DNA from: an uncultured Mycoplasmatota bacterium
GTDB lineage: Bacteria; Bacillota_I; Bacilli_A; RF39; UBA660
Length of the DNA: 64,000 nucleotides
NCBI GenBank assembly: GCA_900553835.1
Contig: USFF01000002.1
Location: 6,756-70,755 of the forward strand
Direction: 5' to 3'
The notes below the pieces were generated by a model, which was not told the origin of the DNA, made no database searches, and worked only from the letters and a program-made list of their open reading frames with translations. Shown here one piece after another: positions 25,552 to 34,388 of the stretch (positions are counted from its first letter, which is position 1; each line of letters opens with the position of its first letter). A program made the translations under genes and the position numbers.

Positions 25552-26061
25552 TCATATTTTAAGTACTTTTATTATGTCGTAATCAGAAGGCACTTCTATA
25601 TAGTTATTTTTTACTATACATGATGTTCTTCCTAGTTTACTAGACCAGGAGTGATCTGTGTTTTCTCTTGCATAGTGAAAGTCTAAGTTACTACCTTTAT
25701 ACATTCTTTCAAGCATTATTGCTATTCTATAACCTTTAATATTTAATAATTCTATATCTTCTAAAGTGTAATCTATTATTTCATTTCCTTTAGATACTCC
25801 CTTTTTAGAAAATACTCCTGGATAGAATATAAAATATGAATTAATTAGTTTATAAAAGTATTCATTAAATTCTTTAGGGATATTAAGTCCCAAACTATAT
25901 GCATAACAGTTTAGGTATAAATAATTATTTTTATAATACTCATAATCTTCTTTATAGTTTGGGACTTCTCTTTTTATATTTTTTAAATAAGTTATGTATA
26001 AATCTAGTAGTTCATCATAAGTTAAACTTTCATTTTTTAATATTTTAAATATTTCTTCCAT
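25552..26061 (-). CDS. Hypothetical protein with possible Cys/His (papain-like) motif, translationally coupled to argS
   Basis: The ATG overlaps the argS stop (TAATG). LNCYAYSLG ... DFHYARENTDHSW suggests a thiol-hydrolase fold, but I cannot verify this. Confidence 0.5.
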   Translation of the reverse strand: MEEIFKILKNESLTYDELLDLYITYLKNIKREVPNYKEDYEYYKNNYLYLNCYAYSLGLNIPKEFNEYFYKLINSYFIFYPGVFSKKGVSKGNEIIDYTLEDIELLNIKGYRIAIMLERMYKGSNLDFHYARENTDHSWSSKLGRTSCIVKNNYIEVPSDYDIIKVLKI

Positions 26062-27737
26062 TATAGTTTCTCTATAGTTTTAATTCCTAATATAGTACAT
26101 GAGTTTTCTATAACTATTTTGATACTATTTAATAAAAGTAATCTAGAGTTTTTAATAGTTATATTTTCTTCTTTTAGAATACTTACTTCTTCATAGTATC
26201 TAGAAAATAAACTACATAGATCATTTAAGTACTTAGTGATTATTACAGACTCATTTGTTTTAACAGTTTCTTTTACTATATCTTTAAAGTCATATAATTT
26301 CTTTATTATTAGTTTTTCTAAAGCATTATCAAGTACTATATTATCATTTAATTCAAAAGTACTTTTATTTAGTATAGAATTAATTCTTGCATAGTTATAA
26401 AGTATATATATAGCTGAGTTACCAGTAAAGTTAGTTGCATCTTCTAAATTAAAGTTTATATTTTTACCACGGTTTATATTAAGCATAGAATATTTTATAC
26501 AAGATGAAGCAAGACTAAGTAAGTTTTCTTCACTATAAGTAGTACCTCTTGATTTAAAACTAGCATTTAGTTTTTTCTTTGCTTCTTCAATAAAGTCTTC
26601 AAGTAGCACTACTTTACCTTCTCTAGTTGCCATTTTATCTCCATTTAATAGTACAAATGAATAACTAATTAGTTTAGGACTTTTATATCCTAGTATATCC
26701 AAAGCTGCACTTATTTCTTCCATGTAAACTTTTTGATCTTCCCCTAGTACTATTAAGTTTACATCTTTATTTTTTTCCATTTTGTATATTGTGTAAGCAA
26801 TATCTCTAAGTGGATAAAGACTTGTTTTGTCTTCACGAGTAAGCACTAGTACTGGTGCTTTAGTAGGTATATTGTAACCTTCTAAATCTAAGTATAGTCT
26901 TCCATTTTCATCTTCTTTAAGTCTATTCTTTTCTTTTAATTTGCTTAATATCTGATTAGTAGTATTTTCAAATACAAAGTCACTTTCATGTTTAAAGTTA
27001 TCCCAGTGTATATCCATTTTATCAAAGATTTTCTTTTGTCCTTCTACACATAAGTCAGTTATTTTTTTAAATTCTTCTCTTACTATTTCATCTCCATTTT
27101 CAAGAAGATTTAAATAGTGAAATACTTCTTTTTCAAGTTGAGGGTTAGTTTTAGCTTCTTCATTTATATCAATGTATAGTTTTAACATGTCATTAAAAGT
27201 TACTTTATTTAAGTCTGCACCTTTTTTTACTCCAACTAGTAACATAGATATTTGTTTACCTATATCATTTATAAAGTATTCTCTAGTAACATTATATCCA
27301 TTAAAAGTATATAGTCTTGCTAGAAAGTCGCCTATTATACTATTTCTACTTCTCCCTATGTGAGGACTAGCATTAGGGTTAATAGATGTATGCTCGATTA
27401 GTAAACTTTTATTTATTCCTTCTAAAGTACTTCCATATTTTTCTTTACTAGATAATATTTCTTTTATAACTTCTTTTCCTAAGTTATCTGTATTAACTTT
27501 AAAGTTTAAGTATGGTCCTAGTACACTTATATTACTAATTATATTTTTGTCATACTCAAGATTATTAAGTAAGTAGTTAGCCTTTTCATTTGGACTATTT
27601 AAATTATCTATTTTGATTTTAAAACAAGGTAAACTATAGTCTCCCATTTCTTCCTTAGGTGGTACTTCTACTTCTACCTCGTTAGTATCTATTCCTAACT
27701 TTTTAATTATATTTAATATGTACTCTTTATAATTCAC
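26061..27737 (-). CDS. argS: Arginine--tRNA ligase
   Basis: Class I signature PNASPHIGRSRN, DALR-type anticodon-binding C-terminus, length about 558 aa. GTG start. Confidence 0.9.
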   Translation of the reverse strand: MNYKEYILNIIKKLGIDTNEVEVEVPPKEEMGDYSLPCFKIKIDNLNSPNEKANYLLNNLEYDKNIISNISVLGPYLNFKVNTDNLGKEVIKEILSSKEKYGSTLEGINKSLLIEHTSINPNASPHIGRSRNSIIGDFLARLYTFNGYNVTREYFINDIGKQISMLLVGVKKGADLNKVTFNDMLKLYIDINEEAKTNPQLEKEVFHYLNLLENGDEIVREEFKKITDLCVEGQKKIFDKMDIHWDNFKHESDFVFENTTNQILSKLKEKNRLKEDENGRLYLDLEGYNIPTKAPVLVLTREDKTSLYPLRDIAYTIYKMEKNKDVNLIVLGEDQKVYMEEISAALDILGYKSPKLISYSFVLLNGDKMATREGKVVLLEDFIEEAKKKLNASFKSRGTTYSEENLLSLASSCIKYSMLNINRGKNINFNLEDATNFTGNSAIYILYNYARINSILNKSTFELNDNIVLDNALEKLIIKKLYDFKDIVKETVKTNESVIITKYLNDLCSLFSRYYEEVSILKEENITIKNSRLLLLNSIKIVIENSCTILGIKTIEKL

Positions 27738-27826
27738 TTTTCTTCACCGAGATAATTGTATCAAATTTCTTACTAAAAGTCATTAGTTTTAGGTTATTTT
27801 ATTTAATATATTGATAGTGCTTTGCC

Positions 27827-27855
27827 TTGACAGAATTCTTTGACTATGGTATATT
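27827..27855 (+). promoter_or_regulatory. Consensus extended -10 promoter, copy 1
   Basis: TTGACA (27827-27832), 17-nt spacer, TGG-TATATT (27850-27855). Confidence 0.6.
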
Positions 27856-27861
27856 GTTAAC

Positions 27862-27930
27862 AGTGGAATTGACCAACGATGTGGTGAAAGCATTTGCTGA
27901 TGTACTGCGATTTTGGTCAATTCTTTTTAT
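27862..27930 (+). ncRNA. Candidate ~70-nt small RNA (promoter + GC-rich 11-bp stem + T run)
   Basis: GAATTGACCAA (27866-27876) pairs with TTGGTCAATTC (27913-27923), followed by TTTTT. The patch is GC-rich in an AT-rich intergenic region. Confidence 0.4.
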
Positions 27931-28065
27931 ATTCGTTATATCATATAAAGTCTTTTTATTACAATTTTGCTTTCCTATTTTTATTTTCAAACATTTGATT
28001 TACAAGAATTGTTTTTTCAATCATTTCACCTATAACTGTCATATAATATATTAAAGTGCTATGTT

Positions 28066-29169
28066 CTACTTGACAGGGGTCTTTGATCGTGGTATATTGT
28101 TTGCATAAGGAAGCACTCCTCGAGATTTACTCGTAGGTGTTTCTTTTTTTATTTTATTTAGTAACGTATTATTTAGAAATAAACTTTTTTTAGCATAAGC
28201 TACATAATTTCCATCTTGCATCTTTGCTATCGAAAAGTCCAAATCATAGGCGTTTTCGCCATCGTAAAAGCTTACTTTTCTTGTAGCGAATGAAACAATT
28301 TTATTATTTTTATGTCTTTCCATATAATCTGGTTCATTAGGACTTATGCTATGAGAAGCTTTTAATAATTCAACTATATTTTCATTTATATTATTATTTA
28401 CTTTTTTTATATCTTTGACATCTTTATATGTAGGATACCTTCTAAACAATTCATTATACATATTTTTATTACTAGGTAACCATTGTTTTATTGTTACAGT
28501 AATTTCATCATTAAATGTTATTTGCTTGCCTATTAAAGAGTTATATATTTCTCTTTGACTCATAGGTGTTCCATTGTCTTTAATAAATAAGTTTTTTTCT
28601 GTTTCAATATAGTTCGTTCCATCTTTTAAACTTTTTTGTGCATATTTAGTCTCATTAAGATTACCCCTACTACTGTAAAAAGCATCTAACCATACCATAC
28701 CTAATTCCTTTATAAAACTAACATATTCTTTTAAAACATATTTCTTATTTAATTCTTTATAAAATATATTAGGATTTCTTTCTACCACACTCTTTATAAA
28801 TTCTTTGTTACCTAATAATTTCCCACATATATCTGCTATTACTTCTTCAGATATATCGTTAGTACTATATCTTTCTTTTAAAATATTTAATTTGTTTTTA
28901 AATTCATTATCTTTTTTAGAATAATTATATATTAAATCTCTCATATCTTTAGTAACTATATCATGAGTTATTTCATGTATTACTAAAAATTCTATTGTTT
29001 TAATAGAATTAATGTTTATTTCTATAATAACTTTATTATTTTCTTTTTTAATTAAAGCATTTACTTCTTTATTTTCTTTATCTCTTACATTAGAATTAAA
29101 CCTTAATATATAATTTCTACCTTTAATTAATTTTTTTATTAAATTTAGTGCTATATTTTCTACTTCCAT
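28066..29169 (-). CDS. Zincin-like (HExxH) protein with C-terminal domain reminiscent of polyvalent-protein/phage nuclease-like modules
   Basis: LVIHEITHDIV (HExxH) near residue 65. The C-terminal ...HKNNKIVSFATRKVSFYDGENAYDLDFSIAKMQDGNYVAYAKK resembles domains from conjugative-element/phage polyvalent proteins. This is from memory and unverified. Confidence 0.55.
   Translation of the reverse strand: MEVENIALNLIKKLIKGRNYILRFNSNVRDKENKEVNALIKKENNKVIIEININSIKTIEFLVIHEITHDIVTKDMRDLIYNYSKKDNEFKNKLNILKERYSTNDISEEVIADICGKLLGNKEFIKSVVERNPNIFYKELNKKYVLKEYVSFIKELGMVWLDAFYSSRGNLNETKYAQKSLKDGTNYIETEKNLFIKDNGTPMSQREIYNSLIGKQITFNDEITVTIKQWLPSNKNMYNELFRRYPTYKDVKDIKKVNNNINENIVELLKASHSISPNEPDYMERHKNNKIVSFATRKVSFYDGENAYDLDFSIAKMQDGNYVAYAKKSLFLNNTLLNKIKKETPTSKSRGVLPYANNIPRSKTPVK
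28070..28098 (+). promoter_or_regulatory. Consensus extended -10 promoter, copy 2 (antisense to the 3' end of the zincin-like gene)
   Basis: TTGACA (28070-28075), 17-nt spacer, TGG-TATATT (28093-28098). 27 of 33 nt are identical to copy 1, and all differences lie in the spacer. Confidence 0.5.
28105..28150 (+). ncRNA. Candidate short antisense RNA
   Basis: Downstream of promoter copy 2: CCTCGAG-ATTTA-CTCGTAGG hairpin (28118-28137), then TGTTTCTTTTTTT. Confidence 0.3.
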
Positions 29170-29225
29170 AACTTCCCCCTTCTGAAGGGCATAATTTACC
29201 CCCTTCCCCTTTCTTATACGAAAAA

Positions 29226-29262
29226 AAATCCGAAATTACTTTTTTTAATTTCGGTTTACGTG
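29226..29262 (-). terminator. Strong intrinsic terminator within the leader of the zincin-like gene
   Basis: Minus strand reads CCGAAATTA-AAAAAAG-TAATTTCGG followed by a T8 run, about 50 nt upstream of the ATG at 29169. Confidence 0.65.
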
Positions 29263-29363
29263 AAATTTTACATCAAAATTTTACATAAATGTGTAAAAAT
29301 TTGATTTTTAAATTTAAATTTTAAAAAATTGATGTGTGTAATATAAAATACAAAATAATTGAA

Positions 29364-29384
29364 ATAAAAAAAGGACGGCAGTCC
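29364..29384 (-). terminator. Terminator after 29385..29753
   Basis: Minus strand reads AAGGAC-TGCC-GTCCTT followed by TTTTTTATTTC. Confidence 0.65.
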
Positions 29385-29753
29385 TTATATCCATCTTGGT
29401 ATATAAATATTTCTTGTATAAGTATCTTTGTAATCTTCAAAATACTCAATCATTTTATTCATAACATAGCTTACTAGGTCAATAACATTTTTTGATATAG
29501 TTAATTTAGAAAGTTTGTTTTCCATCTCTTTTTTAAATCTAATATCTGTTACAAATTTATACATAATGTTATCTATAGATACCATTTTTTCTCTTTCTCT
29601 TTGAGTTATTATATCCATACCAAAAATATAATCTTTATAAAGTTTAACCATATTACTTGTTATTTTATCATTCTTATATGTATCCGAATTTACTATTTCA
29701 TAATAATTTTTACATACTTTAATTATTTCTTTATTTTTATTAAAACTATTCAT
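29385..29753 (-). CDS. Hypothetical protein
   Basis: 122-aa ORF with its own promoter/operator region and terminator. No family recognised. Confidence 0.5.
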   Translation of the reverse strand: MNSFNKNKEIIKVCKNYYEIVNSDTYKNDKITSNMVKLYKDYIFGMDIITQREREKMVSIDNIMYKFVTDIRFKKEMENKLSKLTISKNVIDLVSYVMNKMIEYFEDYKDTYTRNIYIPRWI

Positions 29754-29819
29754 ATTACTTTTACCTCTATTTATTAATATAATTATAAAATAAATTATTA
29801 ATTAATACAAGTAGAAAAT

Positions 29820-29845
29820 TTTGCACTAGTGCAAGATATTGCACA
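29820..29845. promoter_or_regulatory. Operator-like array of three TTGCAC/GTGCAA half-sites
   Basis: TTGCAC-TA-GTGCAA (perfect 6-2-6 palindrome), then GATA-TTGCAC, upstream of a TTGTAT-17-TATAAT promoter for 29385..29753. Confidence 0.45.
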
Positions 29846-29875
29846 AAAGTAAAGAAAAAGCACGAAATATCGTAC

Positions 29876-30922
29876 TTAAAATATTTTTAAAATATCATTT
29901 AATGTCACATAAAGCATTAGAATTAATAATAAAATTGTTCCAATATTATTAAGAGTTGTTTCTATTTTAGGATTTAATTTCTTACCTTTTATTTTTTCTA
30001 TTAGAAGAAGTAATATTCTACCACCATCAAATACTGGAATTGGTATAAAGTTAATTATAGCAACATTTATACTTAGATAAGCTGTTAAATATATTATACT
30101 TTCTAGCCCACTTGCTTTTATGTTATCTATAACACTAAATACTCCAATTGGGCCACTTAAGTTATCAGCGCCTATTTTACCTGTTACTAGTTTACCTAGT
30201 ATTTTAAATACACTTATGCTATTTTTATATGTACTAACAACTCCATACTTGAGGGCATTTACAAAACCTTTTTCTTTTTTTACACTTGTGCCAAACCCAA
30301 ATTCTCTAACTTCTTTTCCTTCTTCATCTTTAGTTATATTTGGTTTTATATCTACCTTTACTTCTTTTCCATCTCTTAAAACCAAGAATTCATAGGTATC
30401 ATGAGAAGTAAATTTTGTTTCTAGAAGTACATCATCAAATGATTTTACATTTTTACCATTTATACTTAATACTAGGTCATCTGTTTTTAGTCCTGCTTCA
30501 TATGCTGGGCTATTTTCTAAAACTTTACCTATATATGGATCTGTAACAGGACTTCCATATGCTAAGCCATTTATAAATAGTAGTACTATAGCTAATATAA
30601 AGTTAAATACTATACCCATTATTAATACAAAAAATCTTTGTAAATGTGTTTTATTTTCAAGTATGTCTTCTTTTCTAACTCCTTTAGAAGTTTCTACTTC
30701 ACTTGCAAGGGCATTAAAGCCACCTAGTGGTAAGAGTCTTAAACTATATATAGTTGGGTCTCCTTTTCTTTTGAAACTAAATATTTTAGGTCCCATTCCA
30801 AGAGCAAATTCATAAACATGTACTCCACTTTTTTTAGCAGCTATGAAGTGCCCTAGTTCATGAATAAATACTATTATACCAAGTACTAATATTAAAATTA
30901 TTAATGTTATTATAAAGTTCAT
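29876..30922 (-). CDS. rseP: RIP metalloprotease RseP (site-2 protease)
   Basis: HELGHF at the N-terminus, central PDZ-like region, C-terminal NxxPxxxxDG (NFIPIPVFDGG). Confidence 0.9.
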   Translation of the reverse strand: MNFIITLIILILVLGIIVFIHELGHFIAAKKSGVHVYEFALGMGPKIFSFKRKGDPTIYSLRLLPLGGFNALASEVETSKGVRKEDILENKTHLQRFFVLIMGIVFNFILAIVLLFINGLAYGSPVTDPYIGKVLENSPAYEAGLKTDDLVLSINGKNVKSFDDVLLETKFTSHDTYEFLVLRDGKEVKVDIKPNITKDEEGKEVREFGFGTSVKKEKGFVNALKYGVVSTYKNSISVFKILGKLVTGKIGADNLSGPIGVFSVIDNIKASGLESIIYLTAYLSINVAIINFIPIPVFDGGRILLLLIEKIKGKKLNPKIETTLNNIGTILLLILMLYVTLNDILKIF

Positions 30923-30931
30923 TTTTGCCTC

Positions 30932-31720
30932 CTATAAAAATCTACTTAAGAAACTAAATGCTATTACTACAAATAGTAAACTATCTAGTCTATCTAATAC
31001 TCCACCATGTCCTGGCATAATATTACCAAAATCTTTTATTTTAAAGTGTCTTTTTATACTGCTAAATACTAAGTCTCCTATTTGTCCAACAATACTTAAA
31101 ACTAGACTAATTAGAATTACTACAAATACACTTCCTTCATAACTAAATGCTGATATAAAGAACACACTGCTAGTAAGAACTCCAAATACTAAGCCTCCAA
31201 TAAATCCTTCCCAAGTCTTATTAGGACTTACACTTTCACACATTTTATTTTTACCAATTAGTTTACCTGTAAAATATGCAAATGTATCTGTCATAATAGT
31301 TATCATTAATAAGTATAAAAATGTATATATACTTTCTTCTCTTGTAAGTAAAAGTTTATTAAAACCTACTCCTAAAAATATGATACTACCAAGAGAAAAT
31401 AATGCATCTTCTATATCGTATTTTTTACTTTTATTATAATAAACTATCGGTAACATTAATAGTAATATTGAAATTAGTAATTTTTCATTAGTATTAATGA
31501 TTATATTTTTACCTACATTATCAAGCATAAATAAACAGAATAATATTACACTTATTATTTTTATACTAGTAGGTAGTTCTTTACCTCTACATTTATATAG
31601 TTCATAAAAACCTATGAGTCCTATTAAACTGGCTCCTAAATAAAAAGGTATTTTACCAATAAGTATAATTGGTATACATATAATTAATGCTATTATAGCA
31701 CTTATAATTCTTTGTTTCAT
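30932..31720 (-). CDS. cdsA: Phosphatidate cytidylyltransferase
   Basis: Polytopic protein with C-terminal signature SSIKRHFKIKDFGNIMPGHGGVLDRLDS. Confidence 0.9.
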   Translation of the reverse strand: MKQRIISAIIALIICIPIILIGKIPFYLGASLIGLIGFYELYKCRGKELPTSIKIISVILFCLFMLDNVGKNIIINTNEKLLISILLLMLPIVYYNKSKKYDIEDALFSLGSIIFLGVGFNKLLLTREESIYTFLYLLMITIMTDTFAYFTGKLIGKNKMCESVSPNKTWEGFIGGLVFGVLTSSVFFISAFSYEGSVFVVILISLVLSIVGQIGDLVFSSIKRHFKIKDFGNIMPGHGGVLDRLDSLLFVVIAFSFLSRFL

Positions 31721-31775
31721 ATTTTATCCTCCTTAAATTATATTTAAATTGTATCACATTATTCAAAAGTATAAA

Positions 31776-31806
31776 AGTAAAACTCTACTAGAATGTAGAG
31801 TTTTTG
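31776..31806 (-). terminator. Terminator after the M16 peptidase pair
   Basis: AAACTCTAC-ATTCTAG-TAGAGTTT with flanking T run on the minus strand. Confidence 0.6.
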
Positions 31807-31810
31807 TAAA

Positions 31811-33058
31811 TTATTTTTCAATAAGTAAACTTTTATTATTTATATTTATTAAGTTTGAAATATTTTTAATTTCTTTTAATGTAATAGATTTAACTATGCT
31901 TTCCATATTATTTATTACCTTATTATACATAAATAAGTTACCAGTAATAGTGTCTTCTACATTAACAATGTCCTCAAACTGAAGTATTAAACCACTTATT
32001 AAACTTTTTCTTTTTCTATTAAGACTTTCTAAATTAAAATCTAAACTTTGTAATTCTTCATCTATTATTTTAGCAAATAGTTCATGTTCACTAGTACTTG
32101 CAGTAAAGTAAACTATAAAAAAGTTATCACACTCTTCTACTGAGTATTCAAATCTAGGTAAGTTATTTTCTATTAGTCTTAAGAAAGCTTTACCCGTTTT
32201 ATCAAAATTTTCGCTAAGAAGCATTTCTAAGCATAATCTAGTTTTAAGTTTATCTTTTGTTTTACCTATATTTATTTTATAACCTATTACTACTTTAGGT
32301 TCATTAACTTCTAAAGCTATTTCTTCATATTTAGAATAAACTTCTTCTTTTTCTCTAGGTCTTAATACTTTAGCATTGCTTTTTTTAATATATATTGTAC
32401 TCATATATTCTTTTATAAATTTTAAAACTTCATCTTTATCAAAGTTACCAGTTACTACTATAAACATATTATTAGGAGTATAGAAGTCTTTATAAAGTCT
32501 AGTTAGTTCTTCATGTGTTACTGTTTTTATACCTTCTTCTGTACCTAAAACTGTGTATTTTAGAAAACCTTCATTAAATAAATTCTTAAATAAAGTTGTT
32601 TGTGCTTTGTAATATGGATCACTATTGTACATATAATATTCTTCTAATATTATTCCTCTTTCACTTTCAACATCTTCTTTCCTTATATTAGCTTTAAATA
32701 CTCTGTCAAATATAAGTGTTAAATTAGTTAGTATATCTTCAGTACCAAATATGTTATAGTTTGTTCCGTTATAAGTAGTATAAGCATTTACTATACTACC
32801 TAGTTCATTTATTTTTTTAGCTGCATCCTTGTTCTTAGTAAAATCCATTACCCTGTGTTCTAGAAAATGCGCACTTCCTTTAGTTACATTATATACTTTA
32901 CTTCCTTTTTTATATTTCATTACTTCTGCTCCAAAGTGAGTGCTTACTGTAGCATAGAAGTTTTTACTTTTATCAGTGGGATATAAGTATACATTTATTT
33001 CATTATTAAGTTTTTCTGTATATATGAATTCTCCATAATTAAAATTTATTTTTTTCAT
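31811..33058 (-). CDS. M16 (pitrilysin/insulinase) family zinc peptidase
   Basis: Inverted zincin motif HFLEH (GSAHFLEHRVMD). Paired with a second M16 protein. Confidence 0.85.
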   Translation of the reverse strand: MKKINFNYGEFIYTEKLNNEINVYLYPTDKSKNFYATVSTHFGAEVMKYKKGSKVYNVTKGSAHFLEHRVMDFTKNKDAAKKINELGSIVNAYTTYNGTNYNIFGTEDILTNLTLIFDRVFKANIRKEDVESERGIILEEYYMYNSDPYYKAQTTLFKNLFNEGFLKYTVLGTEEGIKTVTHEELTRLYKDFYTPNNMFIVVTGNFDKDEVLKFIKEYMSTIYIKKSNAKVLRPREKEEVYSKYEEIALEVNEPKVVIGYKINIGKTKDKLKTRLCLEMLLSENFDKTGKAFLRLIENNLPRFEYSVEECDNFFIVYFTASTSEHELFAKIIDEELQSLDFNLESLNRKRKSLISGLILQFEDIVNVEDTITGNLFMYNKVINNMESIVKSITLKEIKNISNLININNKSLLIEK

Positions 33059-34305
33059 TCTTTGCCCTCCAAAAGATATATAAGTCCTACTGTAATTTTG
33101 TTTGCTATGTTAGTTACATCTTCTGCTGTTAAATCTTCCAATTTTTTTCTTCTTTCTTCTATAGTAGGCATATTTATGAATTCTCTTATAAAATAGTGTT
33201 CTATTATTTTACCCTTGTTTTCATAAAAATCATTATATGCTAGATTAAGAGTTTTTTTAGCATTTTTAAGTAGTTTATTTACTTTTTTCGTGTCTTTCAT
33301 TTCTTCAAGTGACTCTTTAATTAGTTTAACTGCAAGTTCAAAGTTATCTTTACTTATTCCTGATTTTATTATAATTGTTTCAGTAAACTTACTTATATTT
33401 GAACCTACTGAGTAACAAAGACTATTTTTTTCTCTTACATTTACAAATAAAAGAGAGTTATTCATACATCCTAGTATAGTGTTATAAAGTATTAGTTTAT
33501 AGTCTCTTTCTTCTTCAGTTAGTTTGTTTATATTTAGTCCTATTACTAAAGAGGATTGCGATGAATTAAATTTTTCTTTAATTATCTTTTCTTTAGATTT
33601 TACTTTTATATATAAATCTTTTATAGTACTATTCTCTTCTTTAAAACCTTTCATTAAGTTATCTGTATATTTAGTTATTTCTTCTTCAGAAATGTCTCCA
33701 AGTACAAATAAATCTAGTTTAAAGCTATTAAATAGATTTTTATAATAAGCATATAGTTTATCACTATTTATATTTTCAAAGTCTTTTATGTTTTTATAAT
33801 TGTTTTCTGCATATACAGTATTTTTATAAAATATCTCTGAAAATCTTATACTAGAATAACTTCTTATATCATCTTTTACATTTAGAATACTTTTTATTAA
33901 GTTATCTTTTTGTAAATCAAAGTATTTAAACTCTTTATTTTTTAAGTTAGGTTTAGTTAATATTTCTTTAAACATATTAAATGACTCTTCATACATACTT
34001 GTTTCTGTATATTTAGGATTTATAAATCTTAAGTTGCTTTCAAATGTCATATTTTCACTAGTAACATAAAATCTAAAACCTATACTTGTGTTATATAAAC
34101 TTTCTAATTTTTTAGTTATATCATTTACTGATTTATAGTTTTTAGTTCCATTAATAGGTAGTACTCTTTCAAGTAGTTTATAGTAAGCACTTTCTTCTTT
34201 GTCATATTTTTTTGTAAATTTAAGTGATACGCTTATTGTTTTAAATCTATCAGTATTTATTAAATGAAGTGTATAGTTATCTTTATTAATTTTTTTATAA
34301 TTCAT
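33055..34305 (-). CDS. M16 family peptidase-like protein (no HxxEH; probable non-catalytic partner)
   Basis: Size, and a 4-nt overlap with the catalytic M16 partner. No HxxEH seen. Confidence 0.7.
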   Translation of the reverse strand: MNYKKINKDNYTLHLINTDRFKTISVSLKFTKKYDKEESAYYKLLERVLPINGTKNYKSVNDITKKLESLYNTSIGFRFYVTSENMTFESNLRFINPKYTETSMYEESFNMFKEILTKPNLKNKEFKYFDLQKDNLIKSILNVKDDIRSYSSIRFSEIFYKNTVYAENNYKNIKDFENINSDKLYAYYKNLFNSFKLDLFVLGDISEEEITKYTDNLMKGFKEENSTIKDLYIKVKSKEKIIKEKFNSSQSSLVIGLNINKLTEEERDYKLILYNTILGCMNNSLLFVNVREKNSLCYSVGSNISKFTETIIIKSGISKDNFELAVKLIKESLEEMKDTKKVNKLLKNAKKTLNLAYNDFYENKGKIIEHYFIREFINMPTIEERRKKLEDLTAEDVTNIANKITVGLIYLLEGKE

Positions 34306-34388
34306 AAGTTCCCTCCGAGTATATTATAACCTATTTTATTAAAATAATTAAGTCATTTTAAAAGAGTTTACTAATATTAAGTAAACTC

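Noticed and set aside
27827-28054. 75-aa plus-strand ORF starting at the promoter-like TTGACA.
   Set aside because: Its start codon is the TTG of a -35 hexamer, it has no SD, and its translation is hydrophobic junk. The region is better explained by a promoter plus a hairpin RNA.
27738-29875. Prophage, IS or integrative element call for the argS-rseP island, and likewise for the HA operon at 43844-49015.
   Set aside because: No integrase, transposase, terminal inverted repeats or flanking direct repeats could be found. Only the gene content looks accessory, so no mobile_element feature is claimed.
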